From Candidatus Heimdallarchaeum aukensis (GTDB taxonomy: Archaea; Asgardarchaeota; Heimdallarchaeia; Heimdallarchaeales; Heimdallarchaeaceae): a stretch of 64,000 nt of DNA. The notes below the pieces were generated by a model, which made no database searches, was not told where the DNA came from, and saw only the letters and a list, made by a program, of their open reading frames with translations. The stretch lies in NCBI GenBank assembly GCA_021513695.1, contig CP084166.1, positions 1,760,001 to 1,824,000 of the forward strand, read 5' to 3'. Each line of letters starts with the position of its first letter. Position 1 is the stretch's first letter. Below are positions 9,973 to 20,590 of the stretch, in pieces. A program made the translations under genes and the position numbers.

Positions 9973-10977
9973 ATGACACTAATTTTTGAACCACCAGAGA
10001 TAGAATTAGTAGACGAAACCATTCCTATTATAACTCTATCTTCTGAAACAACGGATTATCGCTATGGTAAATCACCATTAAATAGATCAATAGAGGAACT
10101 CCTCAACTATGGAATTATTAACCTAGATAAACCACCAAATCCAACAAGTCACGAAGTTGTGAGTTTTGTAAAGAAAATTTTAGAAATTCCTCGAGCTGGA
10201 CATTCTGGTACTCTTGATCCGGCAGTTACTGGTGTCTTACCTATTGCTCTAAATAAAGCAACAAGAATTCTGGACACTTTACTTCTAGCAGGAAAGGAAT
10301 ATGTTTCTATAATGCAAGTACATCAGGATATCTCCCATGATAAAATAAAGGAAGTTATGCTTGAATATGTTGGAGAAATCTTCCAGAGACCCCCAATTAG
10401 AGCAAGTGTAAAAAGAGTTTTAAGAAAACGTAAAATCTATGAATTAAAAATTCTGGAAATAGATGATCGCCAAGTATTATTCAAAATGTCATGTCAAGCA
10501 GGAACATACGTACGAAAATTCGCCCACGACATAGGTCAATCTTTAGGTTGTGGAGCTCATATGAAAGAACTAAGAAGAACAAGAACGGGACCATTTACAG
10601 AGGAAACTTTCTTGTCCACTTTACATGGCCTTTATGACGCCTTTATGTGGTATAAAGAAGAAAAAGATGAAATCCCACTGAGAAATATTATTTTGCCTAT
10701 GGAGTTTGCGGTAAAACATTTACCTAAAATTTATGTTAAAGACAATGCAGTAGACTCCATATGTCACGGAGCACCTGTTGCTTTACCTGCAATTTCCAAA
10801 TTCACTTCAAATTTTAAGGAAGGAGATACAGTAGCAATTCATTCGCTAAAAAATGAATTAGTAGCCTTAGGAGATGCACAAGTGGATGCAAGTAAACTAG
10901 AAAAGATGGATTCTGGCCTTATTGTTAAAACAAAAAGAGTTCTAATGCCAACAGGTACTTATCCTAAACAAAATTAA
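9973..10977 (+). CDS. cbf5: H/ACA RNP pseudouridine synthase Cbf5 (TruB family with PUA domain)
   Basis: GIINLDKP...HSGTLDP catalytic Asp motif and a C-terminal PUA domain. An alternative GTG start lies at 9964. Confidence 0.85.
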   Translation: MTLIFEPPEIELVDETIPIITLSSETTDYRYGKSPLNRSIEELLNYGIINLDKPPNPTSHEVVSFVKKILEIPRAGHSGTLDPAVTGVLPIALNKATRILDTLLLAGKEYVSIMQVHQDISHDKIKEVMLEYVGEIFQRPPIRASVKRVLRKRKIYELKILEIDDRQVLFKMSCQAGTYVRKFAHDIGQSLGCGAHMKELRRTRTGPFTEETFLSTLHGLYDAFMWYKEEKDEIPLRNIILPMEFAVKHLPKIYVKDNAVDSICHGAPVALPAISKFTSNFKEGDTVAIHSLKNELVALGDAQVDASKLEKMDSGLIVKTKRVLMPTGTYPKQN

Positions 10978-10986
10978 AAGACTGCA

Positions 10987-11601
10987 TTATTGACTGATTT
11001 TTGAAAGAATTATATTTTTAAATATTTTATATGAAACATCGAAGGTGTGAAAAGGCCATAATCTATCTTCTGTTATTATTATTCTTTCACTTAATGCAAT
11101 GGCATTTCCGATTCCTAAACCAATTTCTCTTTTATCTCGACTTATGAAATTATCCCAAACTGCTAAATCTTTATCTTCTTTTGTTTTTTCTCGATGTTTT
11201 CCAGAAACCTTAAACCTATCAGGATTTTTCACCCGTAGGAATCGTGTTTTTTGGCTTGCATGAAAACCTAAAACTGTTACATTTTCTCGTCCAAACCTTT
11301 TTTTTGTGTATTCAATTTCAGAAGGAGATTTTACTCCATTCAAAATCAAAACATTGGAATCACAATAAATGTTCTTTTCAGCATCTAAAATCGTTCTAGC
11401 AAAAGCCACTGGGTCTCTTGATAAAAGATCTTTTATTACCATCGTTGTATTTTTATGAGTAACTTCTAGTTTTCTTCTCTTAAGTTCGTGGTAAACAGCG
11501 TGACCTGTTTCAACCATTGGTATATTTTCCTCTTCACGAAGCTTATGTCCGTGTGATGACTTACCGCTTAGTTGAAATCCCACTAAAATAAATACCTTCA
11601 T
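10987..11601 (-). CDS. UPF0200-family P-loop nucleotide kinase (dephospho-CoA-kinase-like)
   Basis: Walker A GFQLSGKSS plus ILNGVKS...RFG and SRDKREIGLGIGNAIALSERIIIT resemble the M. jannaschii UPF0200 pattern ERDRRELSFGIGDVIAMADYMIVN. Confidence 0.55.
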   Translation of the reverse strand: MKVFILVGFQLSGKSSHGHKLREEENIPMVETGHAVYHELKRRKLEVTHKNTTMVIKDLLSRDPVAFARTILDAEKNIYCDSNVLILNGVKSPSEIEYTKKRFGRENVTVLGFHASQKTRFLRVKNPDRFKVSGKHREKTKEDKDLAVWDNFISRDKREIGLGIGNAIALSERIIITEDRLWPFHTFDVSYKIFKNIILSKISQ

Positions 11602-11748
11602 CTTTTACAATGTAGGGATTGAAGTTCAATCAAAAGTTTTTCGGAAATGAAGAAATGTTTTATAATTAGATAGTTCTTTTTAGTTAGAGCAATAATCATA
11701 ATGTTTAAATTATGAATTACAAGAGTAAAAATAGTCTCCGTTAAGTTT

Positions 11749-11859
11749 GCCAGGATACTCAAGCGGTAAGAGGTATGCCTGGAGAGTAATAATTCCAAGG
11801 TTTACCCATTAAGCATATGCCTTTATGGCTCCGGGGTTCAAATCCCCGTCCTGGCTCCA
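11749..11859 (+). tRNA. tRNA-Ser(GGA), class II with long variable arm and a 27-nt anticodon-loop intron (11785..11811); CCA encoded; discriminator U
   Basis: Folded by hand. Acceptor GCCAGGA pairs with TCCTGGC. D-arm is CTC/GAG, anticodon stem TATGC/GCATA, loop CUGGAG|A. The variable arm is GCC-TTTAT-GGC. T-arm is CGGGG-TTCAAAT-CCCCG. Confidence 0.6.
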
Positions 11860-11899
11860 TTTCTAAAAAACTTAAGTTGTAGATATTTCCTAGAAATAA

Positions 11900-12622
11900 C
11901 TATATAACAAACTTAAACGATTTCTGATAAGATCTAAGAATATCTATTGTTTCAATAGTTGTTGACTTTGCTACAATTTCTGGCAGTTGCCCTGTTATCC
12001 AATTTAATGTGTCTTCAAGATTTTTTCTCATTTCAGGATCAGTTTTTTTGAATATATCTACAAGGGTATCAAAATCTACTTTTTCAGAGGAAGAAAAGAC
12101 ATATATCCACTGTTTCAATGTTTCTACTCTTTGTGAAGGATAAATGAAACTCAAAGAATTATCACTTTTAGAATAACTAACTAGTCCTTTGATTTTTACT
12201 GGCATTAAAGAAATGAATTTTGAACCTAGCAGAGATCTAAAGAGTAAACTTAGTATCTGCTCTTTTGAGGGGATACGTAAGCGAGAAGAAACAAATTCAT
12301 AATTAATTAATGTTGTTCCGAAGTAAAAATACTGATTATTTTGATTAATACTCAAAGCACAGAAATCATCTAGTTTAGAATGTAAATCACCTAATTCTAC
12401 TTGAAACTTAACACTAACGAAATCAATATCATCAATTACAATCTTGTTCAAGAAATTATCTAGCTCTCCTTCAATAATCAAATCATCACATGAAGCAGAA
12501 AAACGACGGTCAAAAATCCTTCTTATTACCACTTTTTCTCCTTCGAGCGCATCGTATATTCTCTCTAAAGCAGAATTAGATAATTTTTTCTGATTCATAC
12601 GTATCATTATTGTTTTTACCAT
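11900..12622 (-). CDS. hypothetical protein, co-directional and 13 nt downstream of polB
   Basis: A 240-aa ORF with normal composition and no recognisable motifs. Confidence 0.45.
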   Translation of the reverse strand: MVKTIMIRMNQKKLSNSALERIYDALEGEKVVIRRIFDRRFSASCDDLIIEGELDNFLNKIVIDDIDFVSVKFQVELGDLHSKLDDFCALSINQNNQYFYFGTTLINYEFVSSRLRIPSKEQILSLLFRSLLGSKFISLMPVKIKGLVSYSKSDNSLSFIYPSQRVETLKQWIYVFSSSEKVDFDTLVDIFKKTDPEMRKNLEDTLNWITGQLPEIVAKSTTIETIDILRSYQKSFKFVI

Positions 12623-12635
12623 ACCATTTCACCGT

Positions 12636-15600
12636 TTAGCTAAAGAATGTGTCTAAACTTTTTATTCCCTCAACTTCTTTCCATGAGATCCCAAGTGTAT
12701 CCAATAGTTGTCCGAATGTTGATTGTACTAACTCTTTCATTTTTTTCACATCTACATCAGATTTAGTTGCAAGTTCAATAGGTTTGACGGAACACTCATC
12801 ACTTAAACTAATCTTATCATTTAGTAGACCGGAAGGTACTTTTATCTTAAAGGGTTTTGTTTTAACGAATGTTATAGTTGAGCCTACGGCTATATCACTA
12901 TTAGGATTTTTAATTAATAACTGTATTGCTGCTTGTAATGGTTGTGTCCAGCTCTCATAATCTTTTAATCTTTTGGAAAGAGTAACTGAAATAGCTAGGT
13001 CCTCAAGCTTAAACGATCTTTCATCGAGCCTTCTCATTGTTCGCTGGACAATACTGATTATTTTCTCTTTTGCAGTCTCCAATTCTTCAGGAGAATTAAC
13101 ATCAGAAAGAATTTTTAAAACTCTATCAAAAGCACGTTTGATTAGAGAAGGAGTGTTCTTTTTCTTGCCCATTAGGCCTTTTACAATTGGTGTTCCTTTT
13201 GTTGTTATTCCAAAGTAATTTTTCTTTCGATCTGAAAGGCAACAATATCTAAAAACGTAGTCAATCCCTAATTCAATTTGAAAATTATCTAAACTCCATT
13301 TCTTTAGTTCTTCAATATCACTTGATTTTGGTTGGTAGACAAATATGCTATCTGTATCACCATATAACACAGGAATTCCCAAATCTTTTTCACAGTGCTC
13401 TTTCGTTTTTGAAATTGCTTCTCTAGCCAAAGCAGTGGTCGATTCTGCCACTGGAGGACAATATAAAGCAAAGTTATCTGAACCTAAAACACCATATGAA
13501 TTGTGAACAACAATGCCAGTATCGCTTACAAACCAACCGTTTGATGTTTGAATGTCGTATACTGGTTCACTTGAAGAAGCGCGGATGTCTCTAATTCGAG
13601 TGGGAATTGTTCCATTATAGGATACAAAATCTTGCTTTTTACTATTGTATAGTTTACCAGACTGTTCAACAACTTGATAAATAGTTTGAATCACTTTACC
13701 ATTTTCAATCCGTTCGTCTCTACGAATATTTACAAATCTACCTGTTGCATTCGCAACCATAACAAGATCAGTAGCCAATTGTTTACTTACAGTTGTATAT
13801 TGAATATTATTACCTGTCATAGCTCTTTCATTATCTTTGAAGCATTCTTCTATGAAAATCTCGGCTCTGGATTTATTTAACAAATGAAGAGGAATTTTCC
13901 TATTGCTCATGTACTTTCCACAAAGCTGTTCTAGAATCCTAGACCAAATTTTAGAGTTTATTACAAATCCTTTTTCACTAGCATTAAAATTAAGATTCAT
14001 GCGAGATAAAACTTCATTAATCTTTTTCCATTTTTCTGGACTCTTATCTTGATTTTGAGAAATAAATATATGATTTTTCTGAATATTCCCTTCAGCGATA
14101 ACCCAAGCAATCAATCGAATGAGATCGTCATCAATTGATATTCTGGCATTATACCATAAACTTTCATCATCTCCAAGTGCAACTTTTATCTCTTCTGAAA
14201 GATTTTTTCTAATGGTTTCTCTTTCATACTCTTTTAGCTCAATCCATCTTGCTTTACATAATTTCAATTTTTTACTTTGACAGAATCGCTCTTTAATAGT
14301 ATGTATGCTTGGTTTGTCAACTGGTTGATTTATTTTGTTAGAAAAATTTTCAAAATCAGCTCTTGAGAATCCTATATACAACTCTTGATCATGAATTAAA
14401 TCTGGAATAAAGAGAGTTTCAGGAGGATTTTGAGTCAATGGAATATTTTGAACAACTAAAATTTTATCATTAATCTTCAATTCCCCAGCATATTTCTCAT
14501 CAACTTGAAAATTTGATAGTAGTACAGGAACTCTATGATTAGCTGTTAGTCTAATAGCTCTCCCATCCTCAAGTATAATTTTTATTAAGTCAGCAGGTGA
14601 CCTTTCCCAGTAACCTTCTATGTCCACAAATATAGGAGAACCAAAAGTTTCATCTTCTTCTCGAGAGATTGATAATATCTGATAATCTTGCCAACAGTCT
14701 GCGAGTTCTCCAATTGGGAGTTTAGTTACTATTTTTGTCTGCTTGTCCCTTACAATTACTTCTGCATCATAGGGCAAACAAGCATTTATGAGAACTTTCA
14801 ATGATGCTTGCATTACATTGCTTAGAACCCTTAGTGCTTTATCGACAGTCTGATCCTTTGCTTTTTCTTTAAACCAGTAGACCCTGATATCACGGATAAA
14901 GCCAATCAACATGGACATTATCCCAACTTTTTTTGTACATACCCAGTGATTTGTTTCTGGTATTTTATTTAGTTCCTTACATTCTTTATGCTTACACCTA
15001 ATAGTTTCATATGAAAGATTACGTGTCTTGATTATAGAGGGATAAAGACTGGCATAATCCAGGACATAAACATCCCACCATACTCCAGCTTTTGGTTGAA
15101 TAACAATGGCGCCTTGGTATTTCTTTCCTTTTATAATCGCCTCAGTAGATACCTCTCCTTTGGCTCGTAGTATGTCTTCTGGTAAAGGAATAAGATAGTT
15201 CCTTTTTCTGTGTTCATAATAGAACCAATTTTGTATCCAAATACTTACACTTGAACGGATAAAATCATCGATAGGCATCTTCGTCATTCTTGAAAGCATA
15301 AAGATAAGTTCCATCACTTGATTTTGACTAAAAGTAGTAAGTTCAAGAGTGATTACAGCGTCTTGGGCGTTATATTCTATAAGTTCCTCTAAACTTAGAT
15401 CCCAAATATCTTTTTCATGTTCAACCTTATGTTTGCCTAAGAGAGTTGAACCTAACTCATCTAAAGTTACCCTGTCATATTTTGCTCCAAAAGCATAAAT
15501 TCTCATCGATGCTTGCCTGAAAAAACGATAAAGATCAAGATGCAATCCATATTCAAGATAAGTATCATTCTGAGTTGAAGTTGTAGTTATAATTGGATTT

Positions 15601-16652
15601 TTCATGTCATTTATGCCCAAGTTTTTTGCACGTTTGTTTAAGTAAGGTAAGTCAAAATTATCTCCATTAAAAGTTATAATTATAGGATATTCATTTATTT
15701 TCTTAAAAACAGCTTCAATCAATTCTTTTTCATTTTCAAATTCAATAACTTTTATTTTCTCATCTTTTTTCTGAATAGACGTTTTTTCTTCATTTAAAAC
15801 ATATATTGACACATCACCACTTGTGTCGGCAAAGCCCACGGAGATAATTTTGTCATTAGCTACCTTGGGATCAGGAATCCTTCCTTTATCACTTTTTACT
15901 TCAATATCAAGAGAACAACGGGGAATATCAGGAATTGGTGAAAAAAATGTAGGAAAATAAGATAAAACCAATTCATGTATTTCACTAGGTTGACTAGAGA
16001 AAATTTTTGTTATTTCGTCCTTAATGGAAGGATCGATTTCTGGTTCTACTTGAATTATTTTTCCGTCCTTAATTTCATATAGCAATCCTGGAACAAGTAA
16101 ATTATCGTAGATATAATTGAGATGGTAACGGATATTAGCTTCATAGGAGGGCTTGATAAATTCTCTGAAGCTGTTTGATTTTCCTCCTATAGCTAGAGGA
16201 TTAGTACCATAAACTTTTGTAAGAGAAATAGAACTATCAGTTAACAAATTGTATTTTTCTACAGTTTCACAACCCACAAATTCCTTATTACCTTGTAGGA
16301 TACTTTCTACTTCACTAATAGTTTTTGTAGTCAACAAATAGGGTTTATGTTCTGTTTTGTCGTAAAAACGGTAAACTTTTCCATCTTCAGGATTATAAAA
16401 TTTCATGTATGCTTGCTCTTTTTCACCATCATAATTTACAGAAATAAGATAAGATGCAGGAAGATCAGAATGGACAACTAAAATATTAGAATTATCATCA
16501 AGGAAAGTGATGTTACTACTATCTGAATCGCTGGAAGACGATTCTTTAACTTCAACCCCTTTGATTTCTGAAACCTTTGTAGGAGAAGAGGATTTTTTAT
16601 TTCTCTCTATATTGGGGCGAGACAAAAATTTCTCTAAATTCATTTGACCCAT
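12636..16652 (-). CDS. polB: family B DNA polymerase with one intein in motif B
   Basis: Exo I DIE, Exo II NGDNFDLPYL and Exo III YNAQD are present. Motif A is DYASLYPSII. Motif B KVLINA|SYGVLG is interrupted by a 427-aa insert running from Cys to Asn. Motif C YGDTDS is intact. Confidence 0.9.
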   Translation of the reverse strand: MGQMNLEKFLSRPNIERNKKSSSPTKVSEIKGVEVKESSSSDSDSSNITFLDDNSNILVVHSDLPASYLISVNYDGEKEQAYMKFYNPEDGKVYRFYDKTEHKPYLLTTKTISEVESILQGNKEFVGCETVEKYNLLTDSSISLTKVYGTNPLAIGGKSNSFREFIKPSYEANIRYHLNYIYDNLLVPGLLYEIKDGKIIQVEPEIDPSIKDEITKIFSSQPSEIHELVLSYFPTFFSPIPDIPRCSLDIEVKSDKGRIPDPKVANDKIISVGFADTSGDVSIYVLNEEKTSIQKKDEKIKVIEFENEKELIEAVFKKINEYPIIITFNGDNFDLPYLNKRAKNLGINDMKNPIITTTSTQNDTYLEYGLHLDLYRFFRQASMRIYAFGAKYDRVTLDELGSTLLGKHKVEHEKDIWDLSLEELIEYNAQDAVITLELTTFSQNQVMELIFMLSRMTKMPIDDFIRSSVSIWIQNWFYYEHRKRNYLIPLPEDILRAKGEVSTEAIIKGKKYQGAIVIQPKAGVWWDVYVLDYASLYPSIIKTRNLSYETIRCKHKECKELNKIPETNHWVCTKKVGIMSMLIGFIRDIRVYWFKEKAKDQTVDKALRVLSNVMQASLKVLINACLPYDAEVIVRDKQTKIVTKLPIGELADCWQDYQILSISREEDETFGSPIFVDIEGYWERSPADLIKIILEDGRAIRLTANHRVPVLLSNFQVDEKYAGELKINDKILVVQNIPLTQNPPETLFIPDLIHDQELYIGFSRADFENFSNKINQPVDKPSIHTIKERFCQSKKLKLCKARWIELKEYERETIRKNLSEEIKVALGDDESLWYNARISIDDDLIRLIAWVIAEGNIQKNHIFISQNQDKSPEKWKKINEVLSRMNLNFNASEKGFVINSKIWSRILEQLCGKYMSNRKIPLHLLNKSRAEIFIEECFKDNERAMTGNNIQYTTVSKQLATDLVMVANATGRFVNIRRDERIENGKVIQTIYQVVEQSGKLYNSKKQDFVSYNGTIPTRIRDIRASSSEPVYDIQTSNGWFVSDTGIVVHNSYGVLGSDNFALYCPPVAESTTALAREAISKTKEHCEKDLGIPVLYGDTDSIFVYQPKSSDIEELKKWSLDNFQIELGIDYVFRYCCLSDRKKNYFGITTKGTPIVKGLMGKKKNTPSLIKRAFDRVLKILSDVNSPEELETAKEKIISIVQRTMRRLDERSFKLEDLAISVTLSKRLKDYESWTQPLQAAIQLLIKNPNSDIAVGSTITFVKTKPFKIKVPSGLLNDKISLSDECSVKPIELATKSDVDVKKMKELVQSTFGQLLDTLGISWKEVEGIKSLDTFFS
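13500..14780 (-). mobile_element. intein (427 aa, LAGLIDADG homing-endonuclease type) inserted in PolB motif B (pol-b-like site)
   Basis: The insert begins with Cys (codon 14778-14780) after extein ...KVLINA. It ends ...VVHN (Asn codon 13500-13502) followed by Ser +1. A LIRLIAWVIAEGNI dodecapeptide-like block lies inside. Confidence 0.85.
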
Positions 16653-16773
16653 AGTATCAAAACTAAATTCAATTTACAATATATTAAAGTTAGTGTGTTT
16701 AAGAGGAATCTAATTAAGAAAAAAATAAATTTTAAACAAATAAAAGCAAATTAAAAATAAAAAAGGGTAAATA

Positions 16774-18216
16774 TTATTTCTTGATACCCAAGAAACCAGC
16801 TAATGCTGGAACTGTTTCTGCTACTTGTTCACTGGCAAAAATCTCATAATATTGTTTCAAGATTCCGACAGTAAGCAAAATTCCAGTACCCGTTCCTAAT
16901 GCGCCTAGAAAGTCAGCAAAGGCCGCTAATACACCTATAAAGAAACCTCCTAACCAAGCTGCAGTAGGAATATATCTATCCAGGTATTTTTCGACAATAC
17001 GAGGGTTACGACGAAAACCAGGAATTTGCATATCAGCATCAAGTAATTGCTTGGCAACATTACGAGAACTCATACCTGCAGTATCAATCCAAATCCTAGA
17101 AAAGACACCACAGAGGATAACCATCAAAATAAAGTATGTAACAGCTTGCCAAGGTTGTTCAACTATTTGTTCCGGACCATATGGAGCAGTAGTAAAGGAA
17201 GCTAAACCATTGATTGGCCGGCTTTGTTGTGTATCTCCGATGGTATCCCATTCACCAAAAAAGGTGACCAAGAATCCACGAATTCCTGGATCGTTTGCAT
17301 CCCATTTATTATCCAGGAGATTGCTGATAAAGTAGATATTTGCAAATAGGGCACTAACTAAAATAACTGGGATGTTGGATGTATAGAGGAATTTGATAGG
17401 ATAACGAGCAGGCATTTTGTATTGACTATGTTGAACAGGAATCTCTATTCGAATACCATCAACATACATAACCATAGCAAAGACAACAATTGTAGCTACC
17501 AATCCAATAATGTCAGGAGTACGTCCAGTACGATTGATAGATTGCATAACGGTATTTTCTTCACGAATAATGCTCTGGAAAAAGGCGATAACAGCTCCAC
17601 GAGCTAAACCATACTGATCAGGGGTGAGATTGAACATACCATCAACAATGTTAAAACTAACACTAGTGGCAATAAAGAGAGAAATACCACTACCTAAACC
17701 ATAACCCTTCTGGATGACTTCATCCATCATCATGATAACAAAACCAGCAGCAACAAGCTGAACTAAAAAGAGAGTCTGTTGAGCGAAACCTAAATCTTCA
17801 CCATAAGCGCCACCAAGAATATAAGCAAGAGCTTCAAAAAGAAGCATAAGAATAGACATAATCTTTTGAGCACCAGTGTACAAAGCACGCTCTTCAGGGT
17901 TACTAAAATCAACCTTGATAATTTGGGAACCCACGAGGAGTTGCATGATTAAGCCGGCAGTTACGATTGGACCGATCCCTAACTCTGCTAATGTTCCTCT
18001 TTGCGAGGCTAATATTGCTCTCATTGCATAAAATGGGTCTGTTCCTTGTGTTTCTTTAAATCCTACAAGGGGTATATTTAGCATTGCCAGATACAGTATC
18101 AATATTCCGAATGTCCAGAATAATTTTGCTTTGAATGACAGTTTTCTTTCTGGTTTTTTCACTTCAAAAGTAAATCTTTGAAAAGGTTTGAATATTGCTA
18201 AGAATTTACTTGCCAC
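16774..18216 (-). CDS. secY: preprotein translocase subunit SecY
   Basis: A ten-TM protein with GTLAELGIGPIVTAGLIMQLL and the rest of the SecY signature regions. Confidence 0.9.
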   Translation of the reverse strand: MASKFLAIFKPFQRFTFEVKKPERKLSFKAKLFWTFGILILYLAMLNIPLVGFKETQGTDPFYAMRAILASQRGTLAELGIGPIVTAGLIMQLLVGSQIIKVDFSNPEERALYTGAQKIMSILMLLFEALAYILGGAYGEDLGFAQQTLFLVQLVAAGFVIMMMDEVIQKGYGLGSGISLFIATSVSFNIVDGMFNLTPDQYGLARGAVIAFFQSIIREENTVMQSINRTGRTPDIIGLVATIVVFAMVMYVDGIRIEIPVQHSQYKMPARYPIKFLYTSNIPVILVSALFANIYFISNLLDNKWDANDPGIRGFLVTFFGEWDTIGDTQQSRPINGLASFTTAPYGPEQIVEQPWQAVTYFILMVILCGVFSRIWIDTAGMSSRNVAKQLLDADMQIPGFRRNPRIVEKYLDRYIPTAAWLGGFFIGVLAAFADFLGALGTGTGILLTVGILKQYYEIFASEQVAETVPALAGFLGIKK

Positions 18217-18334
18217 TTTTTACTCCTCTTTCTTTTTTCTTTTCTCTGTCTTTTTCAGAAAAATCGTACCTTTAAAAGCCTTTTCTCTTTGTCTTTTTCT
18301 AACAAAATAAGTTAAATAAAAAGTAAAAAAGAGT

Positions 18335-18787
18335 TTATTCTGGAAGAACTACTTTTCCCCCAGCTTCTTCTATTTTCTTGATTGCACGTTCTGAAGCCTT
18401 CTTCACCTTTATCTCTACAGGAGAAGATATTGCTCCTTGAGCGAGAAGCTTAGTGTAACCTAGCGCTCCGAGATCGATAACAATATTTTTCCCTTTTTTC
18501 TCAGCTTGTCCTTTAGCTATTAAATTAGGGATCATAGCATCAATCTGGGAGATATTGATAACTTTATCTTTCTTGACCACTGCAGGGGGACGAGTAAAAC
18601 CATGTTTTCCTATAGGCTTTCGTCGACCTAGAATTACTAGCATCTTGTGTCGAGTTTTGGGTCCACATTTTCCTACACCTCCGCGAATACCGCTATTTTT
18701 GTGTCCTTTTTGTTTTCCCCATCCATGATGCTGAGAACCTCTAAGTCTTCTTACTCTTTTCTTGAATCTTACTACCATTTTTCTCAC
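18335..18787 (-). CDS. rpl15: 50S ribosomal protein L15 (uL15)
   Basis: RLRGSQHHGWGKQKGHKNSGIRGG. Confidence 0.85.
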   Translation of the reverse strand: MRKMVVRFKKRVRRLRGSQHHGWGKQKGHKNSGIRGGVGKCGPKTRHKMLVILGRRKPIGKHGFTRPPAVVKKDKVINISQIDAMIPNLIAKGQAEKKGKNIVIDLGALGYTKLLAQGAISSPVEIKVKKASERAIKKIEEAGGKVVLPE

Positions 18788-19269
18788 GCCATCCTCACAA
18801 TTAATTCATTTATTGCTTCGCCTCTGTAGCCTAGATCTCCGCCTTCATTGTATCCTCTTTTCACACTCTTGAAACCTTTTCTTGGTGGATGTAACCTGAA
18901 GAATTTCTTCAGCCCTGGAACATCGCTCAATTTTGCTTTTCCTTCGTATACTGCTTTTGCAAAATCTTTTATGCTTTTATACTCTGAATTTTCTTTTATG
19001 TATTCATCAGTAAGTCTTTGCTTTCCTCTTAGTTCTCCTCTTTTTTCTAGTAAATAGGTTAGGGTTTCAAGATTTATTTCTCCATATGTGATAGTATCTT
19101 TTGCTCTTTTTAGCATACCCATATATGATGGTGTATTAGGTATTATAGTCATATAGTTTTTTCTTCTAATGTTAAGCATATCTAGTGTTTCTTTTATTTT
19201 ATAATAAAATCCTACAGTTCCTCTTATTCTTATTACTGCTAGCATTGTCTTTTTTTCATCTTTGCTCAT
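18784..19269 (-). CDS. rpl30: 50S ribosomal protein L30 (uL30)
   Basis: MLAVIRIRGTVG... and its position in the operon. Confidence 0.8.
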   Translation of the reverse strand: MSKDEKKTMLAVIRIRGTVGFYYKIKETLDMLNIRRKNYMTIIPNTPSYMGMLKRAKDTITYGEINLETLTYLLEKRGELRGKQRLTDEYIKENSEYKSIKDFAKAVYEGKAKLSDVPGLKKFFRLHPPRKGFKSVKRGYNEGGDLGYRGEAINELIVRMA

Positions 19270-19279
19270 TTTTTCTCAC

Positions 19280-19927
19280 CTATTGTTTTGTCCAATCGTA
19301 TGGTGCTACTACTGAGTAAGTGTTTTTTAGTGCTTCAAAAGTTGCTTTTGCGAAATTGTTTGTAGTTCTTGTTTCTCCGAATGTTTTACTCCACACATCA
19401 TCTATTCCTGCTAATCTTAGAACCGTTTTTGCTACATCTCCCACCACTAGTCCTAGTCCTCTTGGTGCTGGAATTAGTACTACTTTTGTTGAACCGCATT
19501 TTCCTTCTACTTTATATGGTACTGTGTGATTTCCTCCACAAGAGCATTCCCAGCTTCCACAAGATCTTCTTACTGGTCTAATGTTCAATTTTGCATTTGT
19601 TATGGCTTTCTTTATTGCAGGACCGATTTCTTTAAGTTTTGCTTCTCCTACACCTACATATCCGTTCTTATTTCCTACCACTACAGTAGCTCTAAATCTT
19701 CTTTTTCTTCCTGCATCTGATTGCCTTTGTACTAATTTAATATCAATAACTTCGTCCTCAAGGTCAGGTAATAAAATATCAATTATTTCTGCTTCTTGTA
19801 TTTTCAAGTTTTGCGCAAATATTTCGTCGATGCTTGTTATTTGTCCCTCTTTTACCATTCTTCCTAATCTAGTCAGTGGTTCCCATTCTTCATAATCTAA
19901 AAAATCATTACTACTCATTTTACTCAC
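19280..19927 (-). CDS. rps5: 30S ribosomal protein S5 (uS5)
   Basis: [16 protein letters not shown]...[21 protein letters not shown]. Confidence 0.9.
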   Translation of the reverse strand: MSKMSSNDFLDYEEWEPLTRLGRMVKEGQITSIDEIFAQNLKIQEAEIIDILLPDLEDEVIDIKLVQRQSDAGRKRRFRATVVVGNKNGYVGVGEAKLKEIGPAIKKAITNAKLNIRPVRRSCGSWECSCGGNHTVPYKVEGKCGSTKVVLIPAPRGLGLVVGDVAKTVLRLAGIDDVWSKTFGETRTTNNFAKATFEALKNTYSVVAPYDWTKQ

Positions 19928-20576
19928 TTTCCTCTATTTTTGTTTTTGTTTCTTCGAAGTAAGTCTGTATTTCCTCTGGCTTTTTATTCACTTGAAGATA
20001 TTTACCAAAGTATCGCTTATACTTCTCTTTATCCTCTTTTGCCAAGAGTCTTCCGTAATTTGCTATATGCTCTCCTCTAATTCGCTCTTCATCAGGGATC
20101 ATTTTTTCTCCATAAGGTATATCTACTCCAGCATCGACTATTCCTTTCAACGCTGCAAATAACCTTGTTTTAGGTAATGCTTCCAAGGTTCCAATATCTA
20201 GTATCGCTTCATCTATATCCGCTTTTAGCGCTCTTTTGCCTGCTAAAAATCCAGTTAAATAGGCTGCAGGCATATTAGATGTTGCTATGTCCCAACCATA
20301 TTGTGCTAAATCTTTTGATAACACTTGGGTGATGGTTTGGTCACCACCTTGTTTGGAACGGATAAATTGAATACGTAGAGCTTTATTAGAGGGGCGTATT
20401 GCAACACGAATTTTTCCTGATTTTAACAATCTTGTTCGCTGCCCATAGTCTGTTTTTTGCTCTCTTCTTCGCCTGAAAGGCATTCTATAGAGAGGACCAT
20501 GTTTCTTTTGTGGTGGAGGACTTTTTCTCTTCCTATATCTCTTTCTTCGTTTCATTGCTTTTTTTGACATTGACAT
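19920..20576 (-). CDS. rpl18: 50S ribosomal protein L18 (uL18)
   Basis: [41 protein letters not shown]. The ORF includes a 31-aa basic N-terminal extension. The true start may be the internal Met. Confidence 0.8.
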   Translation of the reverse strand: MSMSKKAMKRRKRYRKRKSPPPQKKHGPLYRMPFRRRREQKTDYGQRTRLLKSGKIRVAIRPSNKALRIQFIRSKQGGDQTITQVLSKDLAQYGWDIATSNMPAAYLTGFLAGKRALKADIDEAILDIGTLEALPKTRLFAALKGIVDAGVDIPYGEKMIPDEERIRGEHIANYGRLLAKEDKEKYKRYFGKYLQVNKKPEEIQTYFEETKTKIEESE

Positions 20577-20590
20577 TTTTCAGTCACCTC

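Noticed and set aside
10987-11601. Considered as the missing adenylate kinase that normally follows secY
   Set aside because: The sequence matches the UPF0200 dephospho-CoA-kinase-like pattern better than archaeal AdkA, and it is not adjacent to secY.
11598-11798. 66-aa ORF overlapping tRNA-Ser
   Set aside because: It overlaps a convincing tRNA on the opposite strand and has hydrophobic junk composition.
12649-13880. Several 68-103-aa plus-strand ORFs inside polB
   Set aside because: They are antisense to the polymerase/intein coding sequence and have no motifs.
19320-19895. Cluster of small plus-strand ORFs over rps5
   Set aside because: They are shadow ORFs antisense to a highly conserved r-protein gene.
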